A DNA stretch of 64,000 nucleotides, taken from the NCBI RefSeq assembly GCF_009914755.1, contig NC_060932.1; one strand, written 5' to 3'. Position 1 is the first letter of the stretch, and each line of letters starts with the position of its first letter. Made by a program: the position numbers and the translations under genes. The notes beneath the pieces were generated by a model. That model was not told the origin of the DNA, did no database searches, and was given only the letters and a program-made list of their open reading frames with translations. Source of the DNA: the human T2T-CHM13v2.0 reference genome, Homo sapiens. This document shows positions 39,756 to 54,177 of this stretch, piece by piece.

Positions 39756-40449
39756 TTTCTAAACAGAAGTCATAAATAATGTAATTGCAGGTAAGGAACT
39801 GCAAGTGATCAATATTGCTGGAGCAAAAGGAAGAGAGAGAAGGCTGAAGAGACTGGTACAAGATAGATCACGGAAGAACAGGTTAAGGATTTAGAATTTT
39901 ATGTGTATTTCCTCCGAGTAATAGCCTTTCTCTTTTTTCTGCTGAGACTGCATTTCTAAGCTTCATTCCCCTGACACACTCCTGTTCATTCCCCAACACC
40001 TAACTTGTGTCTCCACCTTGGTGAAGTGTTTCATGACTTCTTTTATTCAGCACCCACATCTTTCTAGGAGGCAGAATTAATCTTTTCCTCTTCTGGGCTC
40101 TTCAGTGTTACACTATGCATTGAAATTATCTGTTTAAGCTTCCAAAATATATACCTCATTAAAATCCATAATTGTAAGGCTACCGATTTGAAAGAAACTT
40201 GAAATCCTGTGCACTGAAAATGCATTTTGTATGTTAAAGGCAACACTCTCAGAGCAAACTAAAGCAGGATAAAAATTTAAAGAATGTAGCAGCCTTTGGC
40301 TTCCTCTATAAAAGTATCAATAACGAGTAATAGCATCATTTACTTTGAGTATTCTCTGATAGACTATCACAATTCTAGAGTTTGTATAAAATTTTTTTCA
40401 TATAAATACAGTTTTATTGCTTAACATAGTTTCCTTTAATTTGCTAATT

Positions 40450-41075
40450 TTTCATCTATTAAATTAATATTTTCTGAGTACCTACAATGTATAAAGTTGT
40501 ATATTGCATTGAAGAGAAAAATAGGATATTTTTAATAAGAGCCTAACAATTGAATTGGAGATTTAAGACATATCGAAATAACTGTGTATACAGTTAGTTA
40601 CAGTTAGTTCACATAGCACTAACTGGAAGGAAGGAGCATACAACTACCTCTGGGATGATGCTCTAAAGCTTCTCAGATGAGGTGGCAACAGAGCTGGCCC
40701 TGGAAGGAGGAGTAGGACTGATGAGTTTATGACATTCAGATTCATGAATAAGGCAAAAGGTAGCAAAAGGTGGCTAGTTTAGAGAGCACATACATTGTGG
40801 GTCAGTAGTGGCTACTGAAGGCCAGTTTAGTGTTAGGCCTTCATTCTGATAGAAAATAGGGAACCTCATAGCTTTTGATAAGAGTAATGACATTAACAAA
40901 TTGTGGTCTTTTCGGAGATTCATTTTGGCAATGTTGTGAAATTGGATTTAAAAGGGTAGGAGAAAGCAGCACAGAAGTGACCAGAATGAAAAAACATTAA
41001 TGCAGTAATCTAGGTATACAACAGTGAGGCTCAGATAGTGACGGTAAGACTGAAAAAGAATTCATCGACAAAAAA
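40450..41075 (-). mobile_element. L2 relic
   Basis: gcttctcagatgaggtggcaacagagctggccctggaagg...gagtaatgacattaacaaattgtgg...gcagtaatctagg. Confidence 0.65.
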
Positions 41076-41585
41076 CACTTCTAAAGTTCTCTATGCATAT
41101 TTACTTTATTACTGATAAATTATTATTACTATCATTTTCTGTGATACATTTTCTCCCTAAATGCTCTAATCATATGATTATACAGGTCCAGGTTATGTCA
41201 GAATCACTTACCTAGTGCCAGAAAATGACCCATTCCTCATTAGAATTCTATGAGAACCATGAAGCCAAAGTGTTCCTTTCAAATGGGTTTGTTCTCATGC
41301 TTAAAGTTGTCCCGAGATACCAGTTAAAGAGTAGTTTCAGAAAAGAATGAGACATCAAAACACACTTGGTTATTTTTATTATATTTGCAGGCCACTGCAT
41401 TTTAAGGGTAGTTTATATTATTAATATATTATGAAGAGTTTTGCATCTGCAAAAAGAAAAATAGTCTCTGTCATGAGAATAGCTCTTTCTAGGAGACTGT
41501 GCTTCCATCTGGAGCTCTTTGCATGAATTTTAGTCGAACTCCAATAATTTTTTAAAATGTATTCCCCACAGTATACAATAGATGA

Positions 41586-41976
41586 TATTTTAATTGAAGT
41601 ATAATATACATACATAAAAATGTACATACTACAACCATTCTGCTAGCTGAAGTTTTACAAACCGAACATCTGCATAATAGGACTCAAGTCAAGAAATAGG
41701 GCATTCCAGTACTGTGAAGGCCTCCTCATGCTTTCATGCAGTTCCTACCTCCCCCTCCAGGGGATAACCCCCTCCACATTTCTAATATCATAAATTCGTT
41801 TCAACTATCTTTGCACTATTATGGAATCAAATAGTATGTATTGTTTTCCTCTGGTTTTCTTCACTCAATGGTTTGTAAGATTCACCCATTTTGCTACATG
41901 TAGTTGTAGCTCACTTATACCCATTGCTGTATAGTATCTCATTGTGAGTATGTCACAATTTTATTTATGCATTTAC
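41586..41976 (-). mobile_element. L1ME-like 3' end
   Basis: ttttaattgaagtataatatacatac...gtcaagaaatagggcattccagt...ttgctgtatagtatctcattgtg. Confidence 0.8.
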
Positions 41977-41982
41977 ATATCG

Positions 41983-42188
41983 CAGGAATCAGCAAACTAT
42001 GATTCACTTGTCAATTGCCTATTTTTTAAAATAAGGCATTATGGGAACACAGCCATGTCCATTTATGTACATATTGTCTACAGCTGCATTCATGCTACAA
42101 TGACAGAGTTCAGCAATTGCATCAGAGACTTATGGTCCATAAACCTAAAATATTTACCATCTGCTCTTTATAGGAAAAGTGGTTTACA
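41983..42188 (+). mobile_element. MER58A hAT MITE
   Basis: caggaatcagcaaactat...ggaacacagccatgtccatttatgtacatattgtcta...aaacctaaaatatttaccatctg. Confidence 0.85.
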
Positions 42189-44484
42189 TGGATGTTGAGG
42201 ACTCATGATGCACCGGTGGATTGGGTAGTTGAGGAGCACCTCATACTTTGACCCTGCATCATACAGGGCAAGCAGGCTTCACTGGAAAGGGATGAAGCTC
42301 TTCCTTCAGGGGTGAGACAAGGCTTAGTTAAGGGGAAGATAAAAAGGGAGCATAAGAAGTGTTTGAGCCTGTGAGAGATGACGTTAACCATGGAGAAAAA
42401 GTTCCAGGGGACATAGGAGGAAGGTTGTGGGGCAAAATAACGTGGGTATGAAAGAGCCCATAGCTGCATAATCAGAACTATAAACAAATTGTAGACAAAT
42501 AGATGTGCGTGCTCATCAGTTTGCCTTAATGTTACAGTTAGAAGTGGTTCTGAAGCTGCTCTACTGCCATTTGCATAGCACTCTACAGTCTACAGAGTGA
42601 AACTATTTAATTTGAACCTCTAAACAAGAGATAAGCATAAAACCTAGGTAGAATTATTCTTGAAATATCATGAAAAGCATTTTTCACTATGCACCTTGTG
42701 AAAATGAGCCGGTTTGCATGTAATGTCTATAACATCCACATAAACAGAAGTCATTATCAGATAAATCTTTTGATTCTCATGTACCTTTTTTATTCTGCAG
42801 CGTGTAAGCCATTTGTGCATTCTGTTTTCTCAAGTACTTCCTAGAGAAAATACATTAATTGATGTGCCTATTTAAATGTAGTTTTATCAGTAGTAATTCT
42901 AATTGCTGAGTTTAATTTGGCAACCTTAAGGAGTGCTAAGTCTCTAAAAACTCATCCTGTCTCTATGTTGCTTTGAACCATAAATTTAAAATAATTGGAG
43001 AAATAGAAATGACAACTGTTCAAGTCCTTTATATATTAGGATTAGGATTTCCCTAAGAAAATTCAAAGAATCTAAAAACTATCTTCCATAGTAGAATAAA
43101 GTTTGACAGTGACTCAAAAAGGAAGTAGACTTACTTCTTTCTTATTGTTGATGAAATCAAATTTAACAATAAGAAAGTCTGTAACAAGTTCATGTGTATC
43201 TTTGTTTGCTTTTTACTTATTATCATGATAACCCTTCTTGTTTCCTCAATATATCCTAAGAATAATAATAGCATTTGGAAAGTTATTTTCCTTCCTCAAA
43301 AAGGAGAATGAAAACTTAAATCTCACAATGACATTATGAAGTTTATCACTCTTCTCTTCATTTAAAACCAGTCAGTAAATATATTTTAGCATACCTTCTT
43401 TTGTATGGTGCCAGGCTTTCTGTACTATGAAAAAACTGGGTGCAGAAACTTTTTAAAAATTTTCTTTTGGTATTCTAACACCAGCTATAAAGTTAGGAAA
43501 AGTAACACAAGCATCTAATACTTGAGGCACAATCACCCTTGCCACCTATTAGCTTTGTTGGGTTATTACCCCCCTCACTGAAAAAAATAACAAACTCTGC
43601 TTGCTATAGTGGGAGTGCTCACCGTGCTGAAGCGCTGGCCGGGGCAAGAGCTGGAGAATGGGGCTTTTGTTAGTTATCCTTTTTTTGTTGTTTTCTCACA
43701 GGCTGGTCTTGACTATTACTTCCTTCTTCGTGCCTTATCTGTGGGTGAAATAATCCTCTGGAAAAATGAAGGGTAGCTTGACCTCTCATTTATCTCTGTC
43801 CAGAGTCCACTGTCACCAGACTGATGAAAAGTGGGGAAAATAGTCCGTCAGCAGAGCCTGTTAATTCAAAGATCACTGTCTGACTCATTTTGTTTTGGGA
43901 GTATAGACTTTCTTTCTGTTAAGTGAACAAATTATTTTCTTTCTGTCCAGTTCAGGTATAGAATGATTAGGGCCCCTGAAGAGTAAATTGGACTCTGATG
44001 ACTGTGGTAACGCAGAAGTTGGAAAGTCAACAGCGTTGTTAAAATAAGACTTTCCTTCCAAGTGTCATTATGTGTGCCAGAGCCAACTGTTCGTGACAGC
44101 ACCAAGAAACAGGCCTGGATTGATAAAGCTGCACTTAGACTTATCCAAATTAAGGCAAAAAGCTAGCTGGGAATGGACAAACCAGACAGCACAGATTCGT
44201 GGAGACAAAAGTTGCCCTTTGATTGGAGTGTGTAAATCAAAATTTGCTAAAAGTTTGAATTTCTTCCTGAAGTTTCCTTTGCTTTTCTCCAAAGATATTT
44301 TGTGTTGATAAACTAAATCATTTTTCAATATTCTCCTTCCTCTTAGACTGAAACCATGAATATCTGTGAGCTCACAGATATCATAGAGGTAACTAAATGT
44401 ATAAAAGTGCTTCTATTTGTTATCTTAGAATATGTCATAGGAACCTCCTCTTTGAGGCCAAACTTCGTAACAGTGGAGACTGTG

Positions 44485-44836
44485 TGACATGGTTTGGCTG
44501 TGTCCCCACCCAAATCTCACCTTGAATTGTAATAATCCCCATGTGTCAAGGGCGGGGCCAAGTGGAGAAATTGAATCATGGGGGCGGTTTCCCCCATACT
44601 GTTCCTGTGGTAGTGAATAAGTCTCAGGAGATCTAATGAGTTCATAAAGGGGAATTCCCCTGCACATGCCCTTTTGCCAGCCACCATGTTAGACATGCCT
44701 TTGCTTCTCTTTTGCTTTTCACTATGATTGTGAGTCCTCCTAAGCCATGTGGAACTGTGAGTCCTTAAATCTCTTTCCTTATCAATTACCCAGTCTCAGG
44801 TTTGTCTTTATAACAGCGTGAGAACAGACTAATACA
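44485..44836 (+). mobile_element. THE1C-like MaLR solo LTR
   Basis: tgacatggtttggctgtgtccccacccaaatctcaccttgaattgt...gagaacagactaataca. Confidence 0.95.
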
Positions 44837-44934
44837 TTGTCCTAAAGTGGCTCAGAGAAGAATCTAGCAGCTGGTGATAATCTTACCTTGATAGTTTAGG
44901 GGGTGTAGGGAAATGGGATAAAAATAAAAAATAG

Positions 44935-45063
44935 GGCTGGGCACAGTGGCTCACACCTATAATCCCAGCACTTTGAGACACTGAGGAGGGAGGATTGCTT
45001 GAGGCCAGGAGTTTGAGACCAGCCTGGCCAACCTAGTGAGACCCCATCTTTTCAAAAACAAAA
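44935..45063 (+). mobile_element. FLAM_C / Alu left monomer
   Basis: Single Alu arm with gggaggattgcttgaggccaggag and an A-rich tail; near TSD ataaaaaatagg/atgaaaaatatg. Confidence 0.9.
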
Positions 45064-47229
45064 GAGAATGAAAAATATGAGCACTTTCTAAAGTGACCAT
45101 AAAGAGTTCTGATTGAAATGAGAAAAAAAAATACATGTAATATGTTATTCTGGGATGGGGACTACAAAAACAATTTGATCCCAATTTCAGATATACATAT
45201 GTATTTCCACACCAGGTATCAACAGTGGCTACTTATGAGTGGGACGATCATGGTAGATTTTTATTTATTTGTCTTTTACAACACAATTGACAACATAACT
45301 GGTGCCAGTTACTTTGTAGATTATGGTTTGAGGGAGCAAGTTGCCACACTTTTTCCCATCTGCAAAGCAGGGAAGGAAATGCTTCACTGAATTGTTGTGA
45401 TGACTGAATGAGGTAAACTCTGAGTGAACTAGACAGATAACTATTCACCAGTATTCTAGAGAGACTGGGGAAAGCAGATGGAAATAAAAAGGGAACAAAC
45501 TGAGAGAGAAGCATAACAGGCCAGAAAAGAAAGTTATATGTTGGGGATATAGCTTGAAATGTGATCAGAGTGTGTGTGGATAGGGCAGGTCAGCGGGGGA
45601 CAGAGCCGGAGTCTGTTTTCCAGGTGACTGTGTGGTGTCTCCTGCAGCCGCACTCCCTGAGCACCACAGAGCTCTTTTCATTCTTTATTACAGAGGCCAG
45701 GGAGTGCAATGACTTGTCCACAGTCACATTTTTCAGCACTCTCTGTGGTCCCTGAAGTCTACCCATCCATTACGCATCCAAGTAAAGCTCATGAAAGTCA
45801 GAGAGCATGCCGCCCCAGCCCTCCCTCTGTCCTCCCCTGTGTCTCTTGCTCTCTCGTCTCTGGAGATTTACCTTGGTCTTCAGCCTCAATCTACTTGTTC
45901 ATGACTTTGGTCTGTCTCCTCTTCACCTGTCTTCTTGAGTGAGGATGCTCCAGTTCCAACTCATGGCATATCACCTCAGCCTTACCATCACTCACATCCC
46001 TCTACCAACTTGGAGCACAACTTGGGCAATACCAGATTAAACAATACTCTAGCGTTTGGAATGCTTAAATTCCAGTTTGTCTGTTACTTCAAAAGATGAA
46101 GGCTTCTATCTACATTGCATCTCTTTCTTTTGATAGAGTATCTAGATACAGACACAATCAATATTAGAAGTCCTACAGAAGTCATTTTGTAATTAATATT
46201 TTTGGTAGCATGTCAAAAGAAAAGCAAAAAGGGTTGTAATAGATAAGACATACAAACACCTTTACTCTGTAATTTACCTTTCCTGAATTATGATAGCTTA
46301 AATGTCTCCTACCTAAGTACTTTCACAAGCATATTTATAAATCATAACAGGAACTCTTATTATAACAATCCTAATACATGTTTGTTCATGCCTTCATGTT
46401 CTTGAAGGTATATTCTTTAACTTTTTCTATTTTGGTTTTGACATGTATCTATGACTATTGCCAAGTTTAAAATTTATAATAACTCTTAATTTTAAAATAT
46501 TTTTAAAGTATATTGATGGTATTTAAATGTCAAAAAATTATTTTACATTTACTTGAGGGAAACAAATTCAGTTTATGTAAATTTTAAAATGAGAATAAAA
46601 ACAAGACTCAGTAGCAGTTTGTATCTTTTAAACATAGCCCTGTGAGTCTATGTTTCCAAGAAACAATTTTTTCTTTAGTGACCACTACAAAAGAATAAAA
46701 AATACTGTCATAAAAATATTGTACTTCATGTGTCCCTTGGGCAGTTAGTTGAGTCATTGCCCTAAGAAAGAAAAGACCAGAATTCCCATAAAAGTCCAGT
46801 GTTGACTCACCAGATGTTTATGGCTGAGCCATTCTTGTGTGTGCTTTTCCTAGGAAAAAGAAACTCTTGTACCCATCTCATCCATCTCTTCTCAAAAGAA
46901 ACAAGGCCATTTCAGTATCTTCAAATCTGAAAAACAGTACTTCCTTAAAATCATGATGATTTTATATCCATTTTGAATAACATTTTAATAAGGTTTTATT
47001 AAAATGTTTTGGCTTTGTCTAAGTTTTCTGAGGCAAAGTTCTGGATACTTTGTCCAATCTTCATATCCAAAACAATCAATAAAGTCATTTTCCACAGAAG
47101 CATTTGAAAATCTGTCTATAGAATTTATGCTTTTCCTTTCATTTTCTTTTCATTTTGATGGTATGCATATATATATATATATATATCTTTCCACTATTAA
47201 ACCAACAAAATTAAACTCCAAGCAAACTA

Positions 47230-47970
<741 letters not shown>

Positions 47971-48379
47971 GTGTACTCTCCATCAATCTGCTCAACTCTG
48001 CTTTATCACAACTGAGAAAGCTCTGCCAATCAGCAATCGGCTGAGTGAGGGTTTGCTGTGCATCTTGCACTTTGTTAAGCTCTGTAAAGATGCAGAAGAA
48101 TGTTTGTTGTGGTCTCTGAACTCAAGGAAGCTCAAAGCTAGTTGGAGGGAGGAGAAATGATGAAATAATACCCATTAATTAATTAATGAACATGACAGTA
48201 AACTATATGCCACTTCTGACAAACTGTGTCGTAGTTCAGAGGAGGGAGCAGTCTGTACACCTTGCAGCTGTCTTTCTGAAAGTGTGGTCTAGCATGGGCA
48301 AGTAAGTTCATGATATTTCTTTCCTTTGATCATTTAATATGCTAATATGCCTCACGAATTAAAGAAAATGTATTATTTT

Positions 48380-48920
48380 ATTACTCTACATATTTAATAA
48401 ATGTTTATTGGGTGCCCATTATGTGTCAGGGAATTCAGCAGTAAGTAACACAAGGCCATTCTTCATATGAAGATGAAGGGTTGGCAGGTAAACCCTCACC
48501 AATAGGGTCTCACCTGAGCAGAGACCTGAACAAAAGGAGAGAGCAAGCCACAAGGTGATGTGGGGAAGAGTTTTCCAGGCAGAGAAAACAGAATCAGAGC
48601 TAGGAGCACATGATCCATGTTGCAGGAATGGGAAGAAGGTCCTGGGGCTAGTGCTGAGGCAAGGAGAGGAATTACTGAAGTACCAAATGTATGTCAGTTT
48701 TCTAAGTGAGCATACATCACTGAACCCTCACTCATTTTCTTGAGAGAATCTTATAAGGCTAAGGGAAAGCAGAACACATTTGCCAACAATAATTAGGGGA
48801 GCGGAGGTTGGATGTGCCCTAGATGTTGGAACATGGGCTGGAGTTTGCGGTTGATCATGTTGAGAAAGGACATTCCAGGAAGCAGCAACAGAATGAACAA
48901 AGGCCCACAGGAAGGAGGGA
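48380..48920 (-). mobile_element. L2 fragments
   Basis: atttaataaatgtttattgggtgcccattatgtgtcagg...tgagcagagacctgaac...gagttttccaggcagag. Confidence 0.7.
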
Positions 48921-49214
48921 AAGGAGAACGGGAGGGGAAACAAGAATGCCAGGATGAGACCTGAGACCAGGTGGTTATTTGGCCAGGTTTAATTATTCAA
49001 AACTAAGTGCCTGGAACATGGAACACTGGATATTTGAAGCTGAAAATATATTTTGCAAAAGTGAATGTGAACCTTGAATTGACTAGAAATGTTTCATTTC
49101 TCCCTTTAACTTTGAATGGGTATGTACCTTTTTTATTTAATAGAATAATTTTAAATCACAGGATCTGCCTCTTGGGGAAGAAATGCCAGGCATTGTTAAC
49201 AATGATTTATGTGA

Positions 49215-49420
49215 AATCATTTATTTAACTCATTCAACAAATCACTCATTTATTCATTTACTCAGTGAGCCAGTCAGTTAAGATTTATTAAACACTTACT
49301 GTTGAGAAAACAGTGTCAAGGGATGGGTGGGTTACAAAGCCACTGAAGACCCAGCACTGCCTTCAAACAATATCTGATCTCCTGTGGAGCATAATAAGAC
49401 TGGCATTTGCTTTTCAGGAA
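49215..49420 (-). mobile_element. L2 3' terminus with a TCAT-like tail
   Basis: tcattcaacaaatcactcatttattcatttactcag...atttattaaacacttact. Confidence 0.55.
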
Positions 49421-50871
49421 AAATTGATGTGTTACTACAGAATCTTATACCAGGTTGACTATCATTCTAGAATTCTCAAGGAAACATTGTGTCTGAATGA
49501 AAAATCTAGGATTGTCAAGCAACTCATAATACATGTTAAATTACTGCCCTAGGATGAATGTAAGATGAGCCTGAAGAAAATAAAGACCTGATGGCGAGCT
49601 GGGGTTGGTCTACGAAGGCTTTATAATAACCTTTGATTTCTTGAAGAAAAAAAAGAAAATTGTGATGGCTTGATGTTGACAAAAGTTGGAAAATAAACTT
49701 ATTTATGCACTTGGCAACATGTACTCTGCAATTCTGCTGCCAGGTCCTGCCTGTTCAGAAAGGCTTGCTTTTAGGATACAAATTGCTACAATCAAAGCCA
49801 CTGATGAGACAACTTCAACTCACCCCTTCCACGTTTTCCACAATTAAAATCATGGAAACATACGAAACTCTCTCATTTCACTATTTGCGCAGGCTGTTCA
49901 TCTTTCCTTCTTTAACTTCTTTGCTCCCTTTCCAGACAATATCTTTTACTTGCATTGTACTTTTAGAACACTGTTTCTGACATGAATAACCTCCTTACAT
50001 TTCCCTTGAGGTAACATTCCCTGGAAAAAATACAGAAAGGGGCAAAGGCATCTTGTCCAAAGGAAGTATGGAAAGCCTCTTCCCGTTACCACCACAATCC
50101 TCTACATTACGTGCAAGGAGTCAGAGAAGGACATAGTGGTAACAAATTGAGTCAGTATTTCCTCTGCCCTCCTGCCAGCTCAGAGTTCTGTATGCTTTCA
50201 GAGCTGATATATGGAGGAACAACACAAGGTTAACTTTTTTCAGTAAAGAGTTTTGTTGTATAATAATTTCTACTTAAACTATAATTTTTGACAATTATCG
50301 TCAAAATTGCTCATTTAACATAAAATGTTTAGTGCCGACTGGTTTTATAAAGGTTATTATAAAGCTTCAGTTATCAGTGCATATGCCTTCTCAGCTACAC
50401 TGTGAGAATTTTAAAGAGACATAGCTACAAATATAGACTTCATCATGGACAGAGAGAGCACCATATATTTTCAGAGTCTAGCACAGTGCTTTGAACACAT
50501 TAGATGCTTGTTTCTCATTTAGGAATTGGTTGTTGATTTCAGAGAAGTAACATGTTACTTAGGTTATGCCTGTGACATTGGACAAAGAAGCACAAAATCT
50601 AGGCATTTTTCCCAGCTCTCCATGTAATTAAATGTCAATTCCTAAGGAAGTCACTTCACAGCTCTTGCCTTGGTTCTCTCATTTATACAATTAATAATAA
50701 TAAAAAAGAAACACCTAATTCAGCATTAATACATTTTCCACAATAATTGAAATTTTATAATTCCATAATTCCATAATAGTTCAAAATAACAACTATTCGC
50801 ATGTTGATTTGGCTTTCCACTGGCAAATAGTGTTTAGCACAGGGACTAATTTTCCTACTGAACTGACTCTG

Positions 50872-51115
50872 CTTTCTTTTAACTTTTTATTTCAAAGTAA
50901 TTTTAGATTTGCAAAAGTGTTGCAAAGATGATACAGAAAGATCCTATCCACCCTTCACCCAGCTTCCCTTAATATTGGCATCTTGCACAAACATAGTAGA
51001 ATTACCACTAACTAAACTATAGAATTTATTCAGATTTTATTTGTTTTTCTACTAGTGCCCTTTTTCTTCTCTGAGGTCCAATCTAGGATCCCATATTACA
51101 TTTGGTTGTCATTTT
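50872..51115 (-). mobile_element. L1MC-like 3' end
   Basis: aactttttatttcaaagtaattttagatttgcaaaagtgttgcaaag...cccttcacccagcttccc...ggatcccatattacatttggttgtcat. Confidence 0.8.
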
Positions 51116-51285
51116 CCCCTCCCTGATTGGGTCTTTTGGCTGTTGGGAAGGGATGCTTGCAGATGCTACTTGTTTTGAAACAATCTCACCGTTGCACATG
51201 AAGAAAGCATCAACTGGTTCTTTTCCCCATTAACAATACTGTTATTTGTACCTTTCAGCTTGTTGCTTTTCTGCAAAGAGTTCAT

Positions 51286-52052
51286 CTTTTTTATTTTCTT
51301 TTCCAACTTTTATTTTGGAATCAGGACGTACATGTGCAGGTTTGTTACAAAGGTATATTGTGTGGTGCTGGGGTTTGGAGTATGACTGAGCCTGTCACAC
51401 AGGTAGTGGGCATAATACCCGATGGGTAGTTTCTCAGCCCTTCCCCCCTCCCTCTCTCACACCCTTTAGTAGTCCCCAGTGTCTATTATTCCCATCTTTA
51501 AGTCCATTAGTACTCAATGTTTAGCTCCCATTTATAAATAAGAGCATGCAGCGTTTGGTTTTCTTTTTTTACATTCATTCACTTAGGATAATGACCTCCA
51601 GCTATATCCATATTGCCGCAAATGACATGATTTTATTCTTATTTATGGCTACATAGTATTCCATGGTGTACATGTACCACATTTTTTTAATTCATTCCAC
51701 TGTTGATGGGCAACTGGGTTGATTCCACGTTTTTGCTATTGTGAATAGTGCTGCAGTGAACATACAGGTGCATGTTTCCTTTTGGTACAGCAATTTATTT
51801 TCCAGACATCCAGACCTATCTAGTAATGGAATTGCTGGTTTGAATGGCAGTTCAACTCTCACTTCTTTCCAAACTCTCCAAACTGCCCCCTCCACAGTGG
51901 CTGGACTAATTTACATTGCAACAGAGTATCAGTTCACCCTTTTCTCCACAGCCTCGCCAACATCTGTTATTTTTTGACTCTTTATCAAAAGCCATTCTGA
52001 CTGGTGTGAGATAGTATCTCATTGCGGTTTTGATTTGCATTTCTCTGATGAT
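51286..52052 (-). mobile_element. L1PA16/17-like 3' end
   Basis: Minus ORF 51692-51895 is ORF2 C-terminal (ELPFKPAIPLL...CTCMFTAALFTIAKTWNQP) followed by 3'UTR and a T-rich tail. Confidence 0.92.
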
Positions 52053-54177
52053 AGAACGACAGAGTCTGTCTTAAATCTCACCCAGCATTCTCAAGATTTC
52101 AGAAGGTAAGCCTAAATCTGCAAAATGGAATTTTCCATTTTCTTATTTTCCCTTTAAAATCACCCCTACCTGGGAAAACACCCACGTGGTAACTAAAGTA
52201 GGTTTTTGTAGACAACAGCTTTGTGCATTCTGAACCAGTGCCAGGAAAGATTTTTAGTTGAGTTAATAAATGTAATGAGCTGAAATGGGTCCCAAGAAAG
52301 CAATCCTTATCTGCAGGAAACATGGATCTATGGCATTCTATGATTTTCATTCTTCTATTATCAGTAGAAATGTGTTAAGATCTTTGGCTCATTACTGAAC
52401 CCAGACTCACTTCACAGTGAATTTTTCCACCTTGAACTTTAGAAAGATTATCATCTCAGAAGTTTATGTGAACAAAAGTTAGATCTGGGGGTTTATACTG
52501 GCACCCCACCAAAGGTTGCCAAAATGCACACCTGAAGCTTAGTGATTGGCTCATATTCTAAAAGTTGGCCATTTAAAGGCCAACAATAATTATGAGGCAC
52601 ACCTCTGATCTCCTGTATGCCAGGTTTTCACTACTAACTGCTGAGCAGATGTCTCAAGTGAGACATTAGGCCTAGATAGTAATTGGGAACTGCTGAAAGC
52701 CTCCTCCTTCAGGGGAAATTTTGGAAGACATGTCTTTCCCTCCTACTGTTTAAAGATTGCAGATTGTCAAATTATACATGGCAGATGGATTACAGTTTGT
52801 CCTTTTAATGACAGGAGAAGCTGTTTCTACACCCCGGCAAAGGCATCTACTGACATCAAGATACGATTCTACTGTTCCTCAGCTATATTTGGGAAAATGT
52901 TTTTTTGGTCTGTTTTAGCAAGTGACTATAAAAGCTTTTCATGATATTATGCCATAATTAAATAACTGGTTTTCATTAATATATTATACTAGAAATGCTA
53001 TAGGCATCCTATAATTACATGTAAGACTTCGCTAGTATTAGCTCAACTATGTTGTCTTTGCAGTGTATAGGAAAATTACAAGATACATAAAATGTGTGTT
53101 GTGAGTCATCTTGGCATTATTGGTAAAATGTTCTATTTATTCAAAAGCAAAAGGCAGATGTAGTTTTTTTTTTTTTTTTTTAATTTCTGTTGGAGCCATT
53201 AAAGAAGCCTAGTCTCTATTTTTTTAGTTTTCTTTTGCCTCTTTTTTCTTAAATTTTTATGTCTTTCTTTTTCTTTTCCCCTTGCCTTTTACATTTTCTG
53301 TCTTTGTTCTTTCTGTTGATGCCATTGATTTCTTCCCCAGCAATCATTCTTCAAGGAGTCTTTTGACATGGCTCCAGTTTGGGTAGATAAACTTCAAAGA
53401 ATGATTATCATTGAACTTTGTCATCTGTTGAATGAATAAATGAAAGAAGAATAGTATCAAATAGAAAATCATGTTTCATAATTTTGAATGGAGCTCTTGA
53501 ATGCTCTCATCTCCTGTTCAATTTCTCCTTTATAATCTATTCTGTCCTGGAAAAAAAAAAAATATTTCCAGGGTGAGAAGGAAAGTCTTTAAAAATACAC
53601 CTACTCTTCCCTTCACGGCCAAATGTTTAATCTCTTACTATCCTTCAGGAATTTCCAGTTGTATCTCCACTGTTTTATTCAAATGCAAAACACTCAGACC
53701 CAAACAGATCTTGTTTCTCTATACCCCAATGTGTCCATCTTACTTTCTCTTTGGATATCAGCAATGCTGTCATAGTCTTGGTACTCTAAGCTCGAAGCTT
53801 CTGAATTAGCCTTTACTCCTCCAGGTAATGGGAAGGATAGCTATTGAGTCCGACCAATCTCCTATGAATTATCTCTGGAGTCTGCCTCTTTTTCCTTCAT
53901 TTCTATCATTGCCCAGTCCATGCTCATCTCCAGACATCTAGACCCTTGCAATAACTGCATAAGTTCTTCCTGCCTCTGTTTTCTGCCTTATGCCTGCACC
54001 CCTCTGCCTGAATTGTCTTGTTAAATTCCTCCTTTCATCCTGTTATTTCCCTGCTCAAAAGCTCTCATTACTCTTCAGAAACCTTAGCACAACAGTCATT
54101 TATAGGGACAATTGTTATAGAATTCAAGGGGTATCCTGCCAATTAAACAAATGGTCCATTTCTCTGACCTAGTTTCT

